A DNA stretch of 64,000 nt from Chloroflexota bacterium (GTDB lineage: Bacteria > Chloroflexota > UBA11872 > VXOZ01). Below, in pieces: positions 10,394 to 20,717 of the stretch. Below the pieces are notes generated by a model. That model was given only the letters and a program-made list of their open reading frames with translations. It made no database searches and was not told the origin of the DNA. The stretch's first letter is position 1, and each line of letters opens with the position of its first letter. The stretch is from NCBI GenBank assembly GCA_965221905.1, contig OZ244922.1, positions 1,888,001 through 1,952,000 of the forward strand. The letters run 5' to 3'. The translations under genes and the position numbers were made by a program.

Positions 10394-10784
10394 TTGGTGA
10401 GAAAGCGACAAGCAGCGTATGGGACTGCGCACGCCATCTTTGGAGAGTGGCCTGGTATCACTTCATGGCAATCACTAAGGCGCCTGACGATCCCACGGTT
10501 GCTGAGAGAAACGTGGTCGGCTCCACCGACTGCGTAACCCCGCCACATGTCTCACACTTTGGCAGGGCAGGAGCTACGCCATACTCGACACCCAGTAGTA
10601 CGTGTATTGCCGTGCACAGACATCTTGTTCGTGGAAATTTTGGCTGACGCGCTCGGAAATGCCACACATATGGTATTGCTCAGCGTGCGGCATTTCTCAG
10701 TAGTCTAGTGTGCTCTAGACCAGGGTTCTTCTTCGCATAAGCGCCGTTCTACGGTATACTGAAACAGCGAACCGCACGCGATTT

Positions 10785-10860
10785 GCCCCCATCGTCTAGT
10801 GGACCAGGACGCAGGCCTTTCAAGCCTGTAACGAGGGTTCGATTCCCTCTGGGGGCGCCA
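10785..10860 (+). tRNA. tRNA-Glu(TTC)
   Basis: Acceptor GCCCCCA/TGGGGGC, anticodon arm CAGGC-CTTTCAA-GCCTG, GGTTCGATT T-loop, encoded CCA; TTCGCA-17-TATACT upstream. Confidence 0.97.
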
Positions 10861-11065
10861 CCCTAACCGTTCAGCAGCCGGGCAGGCTCTCCTTCAACCG
10901 CTACGAAGTAGGGGATGCCGTAGGCCCAACCAAACTCCTCAATTCTCTCCCGGAATGCGACACGCCTTGCAAGGAGGTACTGGCGCAGGGCAAAAGGATC
11001 GCGCCCTCTATTCCATTCACCCTGCGACCAGCCTAAGGATAAGGCGTGATTCGACTTGCGTTTGT

Positions 11066-12460
11066 CTAGCAGATGCAGCCGCCCTCTTTCAGGGCAATGT
11101 CGGCCACTTGGTGAATCTCGGCAAGCGCCTCTTCTACGGTTTTTTGACCCTCTTCCAATTGGCCCCAAAGTTCGCTCCACGCGCCGTTGACATCCGATTG
11201 CTTCACCACCTGCCGCAATGGGACTCCAACTTCCGCGATCGCCTGATAGGTCTCCACACTCTCGAAGGGATACTGCACGACTGGGGCGTAGGTGCGGTTT
11301 GCCGGGAAACGGCCGCCGCCCAGGTTGGCCCAATCCGGCTGCACTTCCTCGCTGATGAGGTACTTATAGAAATCCCAGGTAGTGTCGGGATCCGGCGAGG
11401 TGCTGGCAATCCAAAACGCGTTGAGGAGCATGGGCGTGCCGCGGCCGCCAGGGCCGACCGGCACTGAAGCCAGCTCGACGTTGAACGGCGTTTCGCCTTC
11501 GTAGATTTGCTGATTGATGGAACGCGTATACCAGGGCCCATTTAGGACCATTGCGAGTTTCTGCTCATTGAACGATGGCGCAACGTCGGTCTCTTTGCGA
11601 TTAATGGCGGGATGCACCTGGTGCTTGACGACGAGGTCCAGCACTGCCTGCACTGCGTCCCCGGCACTGGCCGAGTTGATTGCCGGGGCACTAAACGCTT
11701 CGTTCCACCAGTCCGCGCCCCAAGACCTGAGCGCAATGAGGATGCGGTCGGGGCGATTGCCGCCAAAATAGATGCCCCATTGGGAGACGTTTGCCCCTTC
11801 GTGGGTCGTCAATTTCGTGGAGAGTTCCGCCAGCGCGTCCCAGGTGAACTTCCCTTCGGCATCCAACTTGCTTGGCGAATCGACACCTGCGTTCGTCATG
11901 AGGTCGGCGTTGTACCAAATCGTGCGGGCCCCCATGAACCACGCAATGCCGTAGAGCCTGCCGTTGACCCGCTCCAAGGCAAAGTCGTAATACTCCGATA
12001 GATCGAAAGCGGCATCTTTCGAAACAAGAGCATCGAGCGGCTGAATGATTTCGGCGGTGGCAAACTGGCTGATATAGCCAAACCAGCCGTAGTACATGTC
12101 GTACGGAATCCCCGCCGCGTGGGCTGACACGGCTTTCTCGGCCATGTTCGTCAGCGCGCCCGAAATGAGGTCGAGCTCAACCTTAACGTCCGGGTTGCGC
12201 TCCTCATAGCGGCTGATGACCGCGCCGTATGTGTCGTCCCACACCTGCTGCTGGGTGGTGTAGTGCATGTATTTGATGACATTGGGCTCCATCGCCTCCG
12301 GCGCTGCCGTTGGCTCAGCCTGCGGCGCCTCTTTTGCTTCCGGCGCTTCCGCAGGAGCAGCAGGCACCTGACCGCACGCCGCAAAGGCTGCCGCACTAAT
12401 TCCAAGGCCGGTCACCCCAGCCAAGATAGACCGACGAGTGAATCGCTGCCAAGTTTGCAT
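11066..12460 (-). CDS. Solute-binding lipoprotein, close paralogue of 8931-10325, C-terminal GGCIC
   Basis: Start set at MQTWQRFTRR (ATG 12460, AAGGAGAG RBS, TAGACA-17-TATGCT upstream); colinear with the 8931 protein. Confidence 0.9.
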   Translation of the reverse strand: MQTWQRFTRRSILAGVTGLGISAAAFAACGQVPAAPAEAPEAKEAPQAEPTAAPEAMEPNVIKYMHYTTQQQVWDDTYGAVISRYEERNPDVKVELDLISGALTNMAEKAVSAHAAGIPYDMYYGWFGYISQFATAEIIQPLDALVSKDAAFDLSEYYDFALERVNGRLYGIAWFMGARTIWYNADLMTNAGVDSPSKLDAEGKFTWDALAELSTKLTTHEGANVSQWGIYFGGNRPDRILIALRSWGADWWNEAFSAPAINSASAGDAVQAVLDLVVKHQVHPAINRKETDVAPSFNEQKLAMVLNGPWYTRSINQQIYEGETPFNVELASVPVGPGGRGTPMLLNAFWIASTSPDPDTTWDFYKYLISEEVQPDWANLGGGRFPANRTYAPVVQYPFESVETYQAIAEVGVPLRQVVKQSDVNGAWSELWGQLEEGQKTVEEALAEIHQVADIALKEGGCIC

Positions 12461-12748
12461 CGTACTCTCCTTTAGTCTGCTCAAGCCAATACTGAACACA
12501 GCATACCAACACCAAATCTACCTGTCTATAATTGAGAAACATAAATAGTCACGCTTTTCAAGCTATTGCAACTAGGATCGCGCAACTCTTCTCGTTTGTT
12601 CTGCGGTGAACACTACGATTCGCCTGGAATGTGCACTAGTGACTTGACTATTCCAAACAGACATGGTACACAGACACCGGATGTGTCATTGTTTAGCGCG
12701 TAGGATCGACTCAATACACGAGGCGGTCGCGCGGAAAGGGCGGGTATC

Positions 12749-14125
12749 ATGCGTACATCCAGACGAACGTTCTTGGCAACGTCGACAGGAGGCGCTGGGA
12801 TAGCGATTCTTGCCGCTTGCGGCGCGGTGCCGGCGACCACGACTGAAGAAGCGGCTTCGGCTGAGGAACCCCAGAAGGAGGCGATGGAAGCGCCCGAGGA
12901 AAAGAAGATACTTCCCGTCACGTTTTGGTACCATTCATTCCCGGCGTGGAACTTCGATACCGAGGAGCTTCCAAGGGCGCTCCGGAAACAGTTCGATGAG
13001 ACCTCCGGGTTCAAGATGATCCCGCTGGGTCGGCCAAACGGCGGTTTCAACGACGTGCAAACCGTTGTGGCCGCGGGCACTGCGCCCGACGTGGTGAAGA
13101 CGCAATCGTGGGTGCAGAATGAGTGGGGCGTGCTGGAGATCGTGCAGCCGCTCGATCCCTGGCTGGGCACGGCGCAGAACATCCAGTTTGACGACTTGTG
13201 GAAAGAAAAGCTGAACGCCACCCAATATCAGGGCAAGACCCACGCGCTTTCCTACAGCATCGATGCCCGCATTATCTTCTCCAACACCAATCAGTACCTT
13301 GAGGCCGGTCTCGATCCGGAGAACCCGCCGCAGACCTGGGCGGATATGGAAGATGCCGTGACAAAGACCTTCAAGCAGACGGGAGATCAGATCGAGGTGC
13401 TCTCGTGGGACCCCTTCCGCGGCTCCGGCGGCGTGCACACGTGGATGGTGCCGTATTGGCAGCTTGGCGGCGAAATCTTCAATGAGGACAAGACCAAATT
13501 CACGGTCAGTAACGAGCTCGCCGTCGAGGCGCTCACGTGGCTAATGCGCATCTACGATCTCCAGGGAGGTTGGCCGAGCATCGCGCCGTTCCACACGGAC
13601 AAGCGCAATCGCGAACAGATGGCCAATGGCGAGATGACCCACTATTACGAAGGGAACGCCGTGCGTAACGCGTTCTTCCGGAAGTTCCACCCGGACTTCG
13701 AGTTCCATTACTTTGGCTATCCGTTGCCTTCAGCGGCCGGCGCACTCTCAAACTATTCCGGCGACTGGGCCTTTTGCATGCCGAACGGCAGCGCAAATCC
13801 GGACGGCGGTTTCGCGGTAATCGACTTCTTCTACGACGCGGGCGTCAACTTGGAGTGGTCGAACGTTATGGACCGCATTCCCGTGCGCAAGTCGGTTGCG
13901 GAGAGTGCCGACTACATTCAGGACGATCCGTTCAAAGTCCTCATCATCAAGGAGATGGACGGCGCGCGCTTCGTCGCCAGTGTGCCGGGCGCCCGCGGCA
14001 TCCTCGGCGCCACCGGCGAGGCGATCAATAGCGTTCGCAAAGGCGAGGCGACTATTCCGGACGCGCTGCAGCTCTTTCAGGACAAGGGCCAGGCGTCTAT
14101 GGATGAGTTCCTTAGCAACCAGTAG
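12749..14125 (+). CDS. Carbohydrate ABC-type solute-binding lipoprotein, Tat signal
   Basis: SRRTFL, LAAC, AAGTAPDV, AGLDPENPPQTW. Confidence 0.9.
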   Translation: MRTSRRTFLATSTGGAGIAILAACGAVPATTTEEAASAEEPQKEAMEAPEEKKILPVTFWYHSFPAWNFDTEELPRALRKQFDETSGFKMIPLGRPNGGFNDVQTVVAAGTAPDVVKTQSWVQNEWGVLEIVQPLDPWLGTAQNIQFDDLWKEKLNATQYQGKTHALSYSIDARIIFSNTNQYLEAGLDPENPPQTWADMEDAVTKTFKQTGDQIEVLSWDPFRGSGGVHTWMVPYWQLGGEIFNEDKTKFTVSNELAVEALTWLMRIYDLQGGWPSIAPFHTDKRNREQMANGEMTHYYEGNAVRNAFFRKFHPDFEFHYFGYPLPSAAGALSNYSGDWAFCMPNGSANPDGGFAVIDFFYDAGVNLEWSNVMDRIPVRKSVAESADYIQDDPFKVLIIKEMDGARFVASVPGARGILGATGEAINSVRKGEATIPDALQLFQDKGQASMDEFLSNQ

Positions 14126-14168
14126 TCCCGGCCACTGTGGCTGGCTATATCTGGCCAATCATTAACAG

Positions 14169-14205
14169 ACTACGGGGAGGAATCATACTTCCTCCCCGTA
14201 GTTTT
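14169..14205 (+). terminator. Intrinsic terminator
   Basis: ACTACGGGGAGGAA/TTCCTCCCCGTAGT 14-bp stem followed by a short T run. Confidence 0.7.
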
Positions 14206-14312
14206 GTACTGGTGCAGTAGCGCATGTGGGACAGGTGGCGAGCATGGGTTTGCAATGTGCGAGCCACCACTTTTCACCATTAAACGATCTGAGTCAGTGT
14301 ACTCCCTGACCG

Positions 14313-14398
14313 TTGACCGTTGGCCGTCCAAGCTGCTACTATACAGGTGACTGGAAAAGAGCAACCAGTGGACGGTCTCTTTTCCGTCATATTCTTTT
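14313..14398 (+). promoter_or_regulatory. greA promoter and leader hairpin with T-rich tail
   Basis: TTGACC-18-TACTAT with TG extension; hairpin TGAC(t)GGAAAAGA/TCTTTTCCGTCA then TATTCTTTT before the AGGAGG RBS. Confidence 0.5.
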
Positions 14399-14414
14399 AT
14401 AGGAGGGTGCGGGC

Positions 14415-14879
14415 ATGGCGGAACAGCATATGCTGACGCCTCAAGGCAGAGACAAACTTCTCCAAGAGCTAGTGCAATTAAGGGCTGAGCGGCGTCCTGA
14501 AATCGTGCGGCGAATCCATGAGGCGATGGAATTCGGCGGGGATCTCTCCGATATGGGCGAATACAATGAAGCCAAGCAAGAGCAAGCCTTCGTTGAAGGC
14601 CGAGTTATAGAGATTGAACACATTCTCCGCGATGCGGTGGTGTCTGAACACCACGCCAGTGCCGAGGTTGACTTGGGAGCAACGGTCATCGTCGCTGATG
14701 AAGATGGCAATAGCGAGACGTTTACTATCGTCGGCGCGCCGGAAGCCGATCCTTTGGAAAATCGCATATCCAATGAGAGCCCGGTGGGGCATGCCTTGAT
14801 GGGTCACCGAATCGGTGACCGGGTAACCGTCGAAGTACCCGCCGGCACCCTGACCTACACAATTCAAGAGGTGAAGTAG
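14415..14879 (+). CDS. greA: Transcription elongation factor GreA
   Basis: LTPQG, GDLSDMGEYNEAK, ISNESPVGHALMG, VEVPAG. Confidence 0.95.
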   Translation: MAEQHMLTPQGRDKLLQELVQLRAERRPEIVRRIHEAMEFGGDLSDMGEYNEAKQEQAFVEGRVIEIEHILRDAVVSEHHASAEVDLGATVIVADEDGNSETFTIVGAPEADPLENRISNESPVGHALMGHRIGDRVTVEVPAGTLTYTIQEVK

Positions 14880-14962
14880 CTACGGAATCGTCTGACTTCG
14901 TCAAAGACGCAGATCGCTCACGAAAGTCGCCAGTTGACTTCCGCCTCCGCAAGCTCAAGGCC

Positions 14963-16387
14963 TTGCGCGAAAAGGGCATTGAGCCGTATCCCCTGCGTTT
15001 CCAACGCACCCATACAGCGCAAGAAGCGCTCGACTGCTTCGACGAACTTGCAGCCTCGAAAGAGACCGTTCGGTTAGCCGGCCGCATCCTCACCGTCCGC
15101 AAGATGGGTAAGGCGGCGTTTGCCCACATAGAGGACGCTTCCGGTCGCATCCAGTTCTACCTGCGTCTCAACATTCTGGGTGAAGAGTCCTACGCGACGG
15201 TTGTAGACCTCTACGACCTTGGCGATATCGTCGGCGCGGAAGGCACCTTGTTTCGTACGCGGACCGGCGAGGCGACCCTAGAGGTCCATCGCATCGCAAT
15301 GCTCGCGAAGGCGCTGCAAAATCCACCGGAAAAGTTCCATGGATTGCGCGATACGGAGACCCGCCTGCGCCAACGCTATCTTGACCTAGCGTCCAATCCG
15401 GAAGTGCGGCACACCATGGCAGTGCGCAGCCACGTCATCCGCGAGGTGCGCGCATTCTTCGATGCCCGCGATTTCCTCGAGGTAGAAACGCCTGTGCTTC
15501 AGCCCCTTTACGGCGGCGCCTTTGCCCGACCGTTTGTGACGCACCATAACGCCCTCGACCAGGACTTCTACCTGCGGATTGCCACGGAACTCTACCTCAA
15601 ACGGTGCCTCATCGGCGGCTTCGAACGCGTGTATGAAGTCGGCCGTACGTTTCGCAACGAGGGCATGGACCGCGACCACAATCCCGAATTCACCATGCTG
15701 GAAGCCTATCAGGCCTACGCCGACTACGCGGACATGATGGACCTGCTCGAGCAGCTTTACTATAGGGTTGCCCTTGCCGTTCACGGCTCTCCGCAGATAC
15801 CATACCGCGATGATGTACTCGATCTTACTCCGCCGTGGCAGCGCATTAAACTGCACGAGGCGATCGAATCTGCGACCGGCATTGATATTTACGCGCATCC
15901 CGATACGGATGCCCTGCTCGCACAGGTACAAGCCCGCGGTGTTGGCGTGCCGGAACGTGTGACGTGGGCTACACTCGTAGATGAACTCTTGTCCGAATGC
16001 GTGGAGCCGAATCTCGTGCAACCGACCTTACTCCTCGACTACCCGGTGGCGCTCTCGCCGCTCGCCAAGCGCCGAGAGGATGACCCCCGGCTCGTGGAGC
16101 GATTTGAGGCGTTTGTGGGCGGCTTGGAGATTGCCAACGCCTTCAGCGAGCTGAACGATCCCCTCGACCAGCGCCAGCGTTTTGAAGAGCAGGTGAAGGA
16201 ACGCGCCGCTGGGGATGAAGAGGCGCAACCTCTTGACGAAGACTTTCTGCTTGCATTGGAGTACGGCATGCCGCCTACCGGCGGTATCGGTATCGGCATC
16301 GACCGCATGGCGATGATCTTTACGAATAGCGCCTCGATCCGCGACGTGATTCTCTTTCCACCTGTGCGCACTCGGGAGGCTGAATAA
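14963..16387 (+). CDS. lysS: Lysine--tRNA ligase (class II); true start may be upstream
   Basis: OB fold MGKAAF, RQRYLDL, YGGAFARPF, FRNEG, HNPEFTMLE, YGMPPTGGIGIGIDR. Confidence 0.97.
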   Translation: MREKGIEPYPLRFQRTHTAQEALDCFDELAASKETVRLAGRILTVRKMGKAAFAHIEDASGRIQFYLRLNILGEESYATVVDLYDLGDIVGAEGTLFRTRTGEATLEVHRIAMLAKALQNPPEKFHGLRDTETRLRQRYLDLASNPEVRHTMAVRSHVIREVRAFFDARDFLEVETPVLQPLYGGAFARPFVTHHNALDQDFYLRIATELYLKRCLIGGFERVYEVGRTFRNEGMDRDHNPEFTMLEAYQAYADYADMMDLLEQLYYRVALAVHGSPQIPYRDDVLDLTPPWQRIKLHEAIESATGIDIYAHPDTDALLAQVQARGVGVPERVTWATLVDELLSECVEPNLVQPTLLLDYPVALSPLAKRREDDPRLVERFEAFVGGLEIANAFSELNDPLDQRQRFEEQVKERAAGDEEAQPLDEDFLLALEYGMPPTGGIGIGIDRMAMIFTNSASIRDVILFPPVRTREAE

Positions 16388-17670
16388 TGCTCAACATGCG
16401 CCGCATTCGTGAGAAAACCGAAGAAGTCAAGGCGGGTCTCACTCGACGGGGAGAAGATCCCAGCGTGGTGGACCGGCTTGTGGATTGGGATAGCGAGCGC
16501 CGCGCATTGCTGCAAGAGAGCGAGGCGTTGAAGGCGGAGCGCAACCGCACCTCGAAGAGCATCGGTGCCTCTAAGGATAAAGAGGCTCTTACGGCTTTGC
16601 GGGAGCAAATGCGCGCGGTCGGCCAACGGATCAAGAGCCTCGATAACGCCGTAGCGGAAATCGAGCAGCGCATCACCGCAGCAGTGTTGGAGATTCCCAA
16701 CGTTCCCCACAGTAGCGTGCCTGCGGGGACTACAGAAGAAGAGAACCTCGTGCATTCGGTCTGGGGCGACCGCCCGCAGTTTGGCTTTGAACCCAAGGCT
16801 CATTGGGACATCGGCGCGGCATTGGACATTCTCGACTTCCCTCGTGGCGCGAAGATTGCTGGGGCGCAGTTCCCGCTTTTCAAGGGCAATGGTTCGCGCT
16901 TGCTGAGAGCGCTTGGCAACTGGATGCTGGACTTGCACGTGCAGCAGCACGGATATGTGGAAGTATGGCCGCCATTTGTGGTGCGGCGCGAGGTAATTAC
17001 GGGCACCGGCCAGCTTCCCAAGTTTGAGGAAGACATGTACCGCACCGATCCCGACGATCTCTTTCTCGTCCCGACGGCGGAAGTGCCGGTAACCAACATC
17101 CACCGCGATGAAATTCTCGACGCCGACGTGCTGCCGCTCAAGTACACTGCCTACACGCCCTGCTTTCGGAGGGAGGCGGGCGCGGCGGGCAAGGATACGC
17201 GCGGCCTCTTGCGCCTTCATCAATTCGAAAAAGTGGAGATGGTCAAGTTCGTTGCGCCGGAGACCTCATACGATGAGCTCGAGACGCTGCGGGCTAACGC
17301 GGAAGAGGTCTTGCAGCAGCTTGAACTGCCGTATCGTGTACTTGAGCTCTGCGGCGGTGAACTCGGCTTCGCCGCGACGAAGTGCTACGACTTGGAGGTG
17401 TGGTGCCCGGGCATTGAGAAGTGGCAGGAAGTCTCTTCGTGCTCCAATTTCGAGGAATTCCAAGCCCGCCGCATTAACGTGCGCTATCGCCCAGGCCCCC
17501 AGGCGCGCCCGGAATTCGTTCACACCCTCAACGGTTCCGGCTTAGCCTTCTCCGCCCGCCTCTATGCCGCCCTCTTGGAGAACAACCAGCAAGCGGACGG
17601 CAGCGTGATCATACCGGAAGTCTTGCGCCCCTACCTTGGCGGCATGGAGCGGCTTTCGCTATCCGACTAG
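16387..17670 (+). CDS. serS: Serine--tRNA ligase
   Basis: N-terminal coiled coil, GTGQLPKF, PTAEVP, FRREAG, RLHQFEKVE, EVSSCSN, HTLNGSGLA. Confidence 0.97.
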   Translation: MLNMRRIREKTEEVKAGLTRRGEDPSVVDRLVDWDSERRALLQESEALKAERNRTSKSIGASKDKEALTALREQMRAVGQRIKSLDNAVAEIEQRITAAVLEIPNVPHSSVPAGTTEEENLVHSVWGDRPQFGFEPKAHWDIGAALDILDFPRGAKIAGAQFPLFKGNGSRLLRALGNWMLDLHVQQHGYVEVWPPFVVRREVITGTGQLPKFEEDMYRTDPDDLFLVPTAEVPVTNIHRDEILDADVLPLKYTAYTPCFRREAGAAGKDTRGLLRLHQFEKVEMVKFVAPETSYDELETLRANAEEVLQQLELPYRVLELCGGELGFAATKCYDLEVWCPGIEKWQEVSSCSNFEEFQARRINVRYRPGPQARPEFVHTLNGSGLAFSARLYAALLENNQQADGSVIIPEVLRPYLGGMERLSLSD

Positions 17671-17840
17671 GCCACGGGCTTGTCATTCCTGTACGTGTCG
17701 GACAATTTGCTGACAGAATGGGAGCATGAATCGGCAGAAAGTTATGGCTACCTATCGGCTGCCTTACCCAATAGGTAGTTCTGTCACGAGCAGAGACAGC
17801 GCATACATCAATGACGAACACGGTAGGCGGTCGGAAGACC

Positions 17841-18031
17841 GTCACTCCGGCGCAAAGCCTGCCCCATACTTGATACGGGGCCGGAGTCTAGGGGGTGCAG
17901 TGAAGATGGATTCCGGCTTTCGCCGGAATGACGGAGTTGACCGTCCTCAACATTCCAGGGCAATCGTCGGATTGATGAATCTGTCAACGGATTAGTCAAC
18001 ACTTACAATTTCCTCGCAAGCGGGAATCCAT
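17841..18031. repeat. Cluster of REP/RS3-like palindromes between convergent serS and sulfatase-like gene
   Basis: GTCACTCCGGC...GCCGGAGTC (from 17841), GGATTCCGGCTTTCGCCGGAATGAC (17908-17932), TTCCTCGCAAGCGGGAATCCAT (~18010-18031). Confidence 0.7.
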
Positions 18032-18048
18032 CTTTTCTTGCCTCTCTT

Positions 18049-19407
18049 CTACGTGTCGCTCGGCCAGCGTCGCAGGTCTACTCGTGAGTCTTCTGTACCA
18101 AGCGCACTGATTTCCTCCATATAGCGTGCGTGGAGCCGCTGGGCGATGTCCGCGTGATCCGCAATCACGTTCTGCTCCTCGCCCGGGTCCGTTGCCAGGC
18201 GATAGAGTTCGGCAGCCTCGATGCCGCGATTGCCGGGGTCATTGAGCGTCCACTCGCCGTCATTGATGGTGCTATAGAGCAAGACGTCATCCTCTTTGGG
18301 TAATAGCGGCGAACTAATGACGGCGTCCCGGTGCGTGTCGGTATCGCCGTGCAGCACGGGTACCAGCGAACGTCCGTGGAGACCATCCGGCACCGGCGCG
18401 CCGGCGAGCTCCAGCACTGTAGGCATCACGTCAATCGCTTGCACTAGTGCGTTGGAGCGACGCGGGGCCACGCCCGGCACGTGGACGAGCAGCGGCACGC
18501 GCGACACCTCGCGGTACATGGGCCAGCCCTGCTTCGGCTCGAGTACGGTGTGCTTGCCGATGTAGCCGTGCTCGCCGATGTAGAAGCCGTGGTCGGCATT
18601 GAAGACGATCATGGTGTCGTCCCACAGTCCAAGATGCCTTACGCGCTCGATGAAATGCCCAAACCACGTGTCCACAAGCGAGACCGAACCGGCGTAGAGG
18701 GCGCGGGCGTGCCGTAGCTCCGGTTCCGTCAGGTAGTCGCAGCGGTCGTACCGCGGCCAGAAGATATTCTCGCCCACGTAGCCGGGATCGTACATGTCAG
18801 TGTAGTGCTGCGGCGGGTCCCACGGCTCGTGCGGGGTGAAGGTATCGACGTAAAGGAAGAAATTATCATGGGTGTAGTTTCGTTCGAGCCAGTCCGCCGC
18901 CTGGGAAAAGGTCTGTGCCACGAAGTGGTCGCGCTCGTGCGTGCGGTAGTAGACGTTCTTGAGGTAGCGAACCGCCGCCTCGGGCATACGGATTTTCTCC
19001 GGCGCACACGGCAGTTCGACTGGCACCGGATCGGTGATATACGGTTCGCCGGCCTGTCCGCGTATCGCTTGCCAGCCGTGGAAACCGCGATGGAAGTTCA
19101 TTCCCGGGGCAAAGAGTTGCACGTGATCAACCACCATCTGATTAACGAAGCCCTGCCGACCGAGAAGCGTGGCCAGCGAATCTTCGCCGGCCGGCAAAGG
19201 CGACCAACCGCGATTCTGATAGACATAATGACCTGTGAGTAGATCGGTGCGGTGGGGAACAGTAGGGAAAGAGCCTACATAGGCATGGTCGAAATTAACG
19301 CACTGCGCGGCGAAAGCGTCGAGATGAGGCGTGCGAATTTCAGGGTTACTGTTTACCCCAATGTGGTCGTATCGGAACGTGTCGGAGACGATTAGGATTA
19401 CATTCAT
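18049..19407 (-). CDS. Sulfatase-like hydrolase (alkaline phosphatase superfamily) with Thr at the nucleophile position
   Basis: IVSDTFRYDH, TPHLD, TVPHRTDLLTG, PHEPWDPP, ADHG..GEHG, DVMPTVLELAG, DPGE. Confidence 0.9.
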   Translation of the reverse strand: MNVILIVSDTFRYDHIGVNSNPEIRTPHLDAFAAQCVNFDHAYVGSFPTVPHRTDLLTGHYVYQNRGWSPLPAGEDSLATLLGRQGFVNQMVVDHVQLFAPGMNFHRGFHGWQAIRGQAGEPYITDPVPVELPCAPEKIRMPEAAVRYLKNVYYRTHERDHFVAQTFSQAADWLERNYTHDNFFLYVDTFTPHEPWDPPQHYTDMYDPGYVGENIFWPRYDRCDYLTEPELRHARALYAGSVSLVDTWFGHFIERVRHLGLWDDTMIVFNADHGFYIGEHGYIGKHTVLEPKQGWPMYREVSRVPLLVHVPGVAPRRSNALVQAIDVMPTVLELAGAPVPDGLHGRSLVPVLHGDTDTHRDAVISSPLLPKEDDVLLYSTINDGEWTLNDPGNRGIEAAELYRLATDPGEEQNVIADHADIAQRLHARYMEEISALGTEDSRVDLRRWPSDT

Positions 19408-19824
19408 TCGCTACTCCTTACTGACTCAATGTATCGTGTGCCGCGCGCCGCGTACGCTGCTTGGGAATGCCTGCAATTGCACGGCGGGCAGCCGGAAGTG
19501 CTAGTGCAGCTTCAGTTGCTAATCGTAATTCATGGTATCCTAGAGCCGTTAAACACTCAATTTTGCGGTCAAATCCAACGTCTTGTTCGCCCACCATATT
19601 GTGATGCGATTGACAGAATGCCAAGCGACTTCGGGTGGAAGTAAACGAGCTGCGGGAGCAAGGCGAAGGATCTTGCAGCCGGAAACCTGTCCGTCACTAC
19701 GGTGCAATATAAGGAGTGTAGCGCGGAGGCTTATCCCCCTGCCTCTAGACTGGTCCCTAGACGGGGCAGTTGAACAGCACCTTACCCATCGGACAGCATC
19801 CGGGCTAGTGTGAAGGATGATCTA

Positions 19825-20703
19825 ATGGCTGAGATTCAGGTCGGCATTCAGGCTAATGCGTGGCTCCGCGAGTTCCCGATCGCGGAGAACCTCGATACCG
19901 TTCTGCAGCAGATAGCGGAATCCGGATACCGCGGCGTGGAGATTGGCTACCATTTCCTGGCCGGGGGGCGGTTCAATGCCTTGCGTCCCGGAGGTGCGCC
20001 GGCGGCGGGCGATAGCGAGACCACAACCATGCCTGATCCGGCGGAGGTTGGCGCGCTCATCGCAGGCCACGGTCTCGAACTCGCTGCGCTGCATACCGGC
20101 GGCAACTTCTATGCTGACGACATTGCTCGCGAGCAGACACTGCCTAACCTCGAAATCATCGCCGCCTTTGCCCAGGCAATCGACTGTCAGAATGTCCTTA
20201 TCAGTCCTGCTGCCAAGAAAGAAATGGCTAAGACATCCCAGGAACTCGAAACGCAGAATCGGTTTCTCCAGGAGGCCTGTTCACTCTTTGGGGCCAATGG
20301 CGCGCACTGCTTCCATCATACCCACGGGCCGGAATTGGAAAGCGATTTCCGTGAAATGCGCCGCATTCTCGAACTCGACCCGGCGCACATCAGCCTGGCA
20401 TATGATATTGCCAATGCGGCGCGCGTCATCTGCCCGGCAGGGGCCGTAGACTTCATCAACTCCTTCCGCTCCCGGATTGGCTACGTCCACTACAAGGACT
20501 GCCGCGACGACGGCGTGCTTGTCGAGGCAATTGGAGATGGCGCCATTGACTGGAGTGCCGTGGCGCACGTCCTCACGAGCACGGACTACGGCGGCTGGGT
20601 GGTGGTCGAAATCGAGCCGGGACACGGTATGGAGGCACACCGTTCGGTGAAAGAAGATGCGATTTTGAGCCGCCAATGCATCCGTGAGACCCTTGGCGTG
20701 TAG
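19825..20703 (+). CDS. Sugar phosphate isomerase/epimerase (xylose isomerase-like TIM barrel, IolE-like)
   Basis: GYRGVE, HHTH, YDIAN, VHYKD, GDGAIDW, GWVVVEIE; start set at ATG 19825. Confidence 0.8.
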   Translation: MAEIQVGIQANAWLREFPIAENLDTVLQQIAESGYRGVEIGYHFLAGGRFNALRPGGAPAAGDSETTTMPDPAEVGALIAGHGLELAALHTGGNFYADDIAREQTLPNLEIIAAFAQAIDCQNVLISPAAKKEMAKTSQELETQNRFLQEACSLFGANGAHCFHHTHGPELESDFREMRRILELDPAHISLAYDIANAARVICPAGAVDFINSFRSRIGYVHYKDCRDDGVLVEAIGDGAIDWSAVAHVLTSTDYGGWVVVEIEPGHGMEAHRSVKEDAILSRQCIRETLGV

Positions 20704-20717
20704 TAAGGGATTCAACG

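Noticed and set aside
10458-10667. Small ORF with CETC motif
   Set aside because: No RBS or family resemblance; cannot be supported.
16039-17223. Long antisense ORFs (also 42191-43594, 44511-45623, 59107-60258)
   Set aside because: Shadows of real genes in GC-rich DNA.
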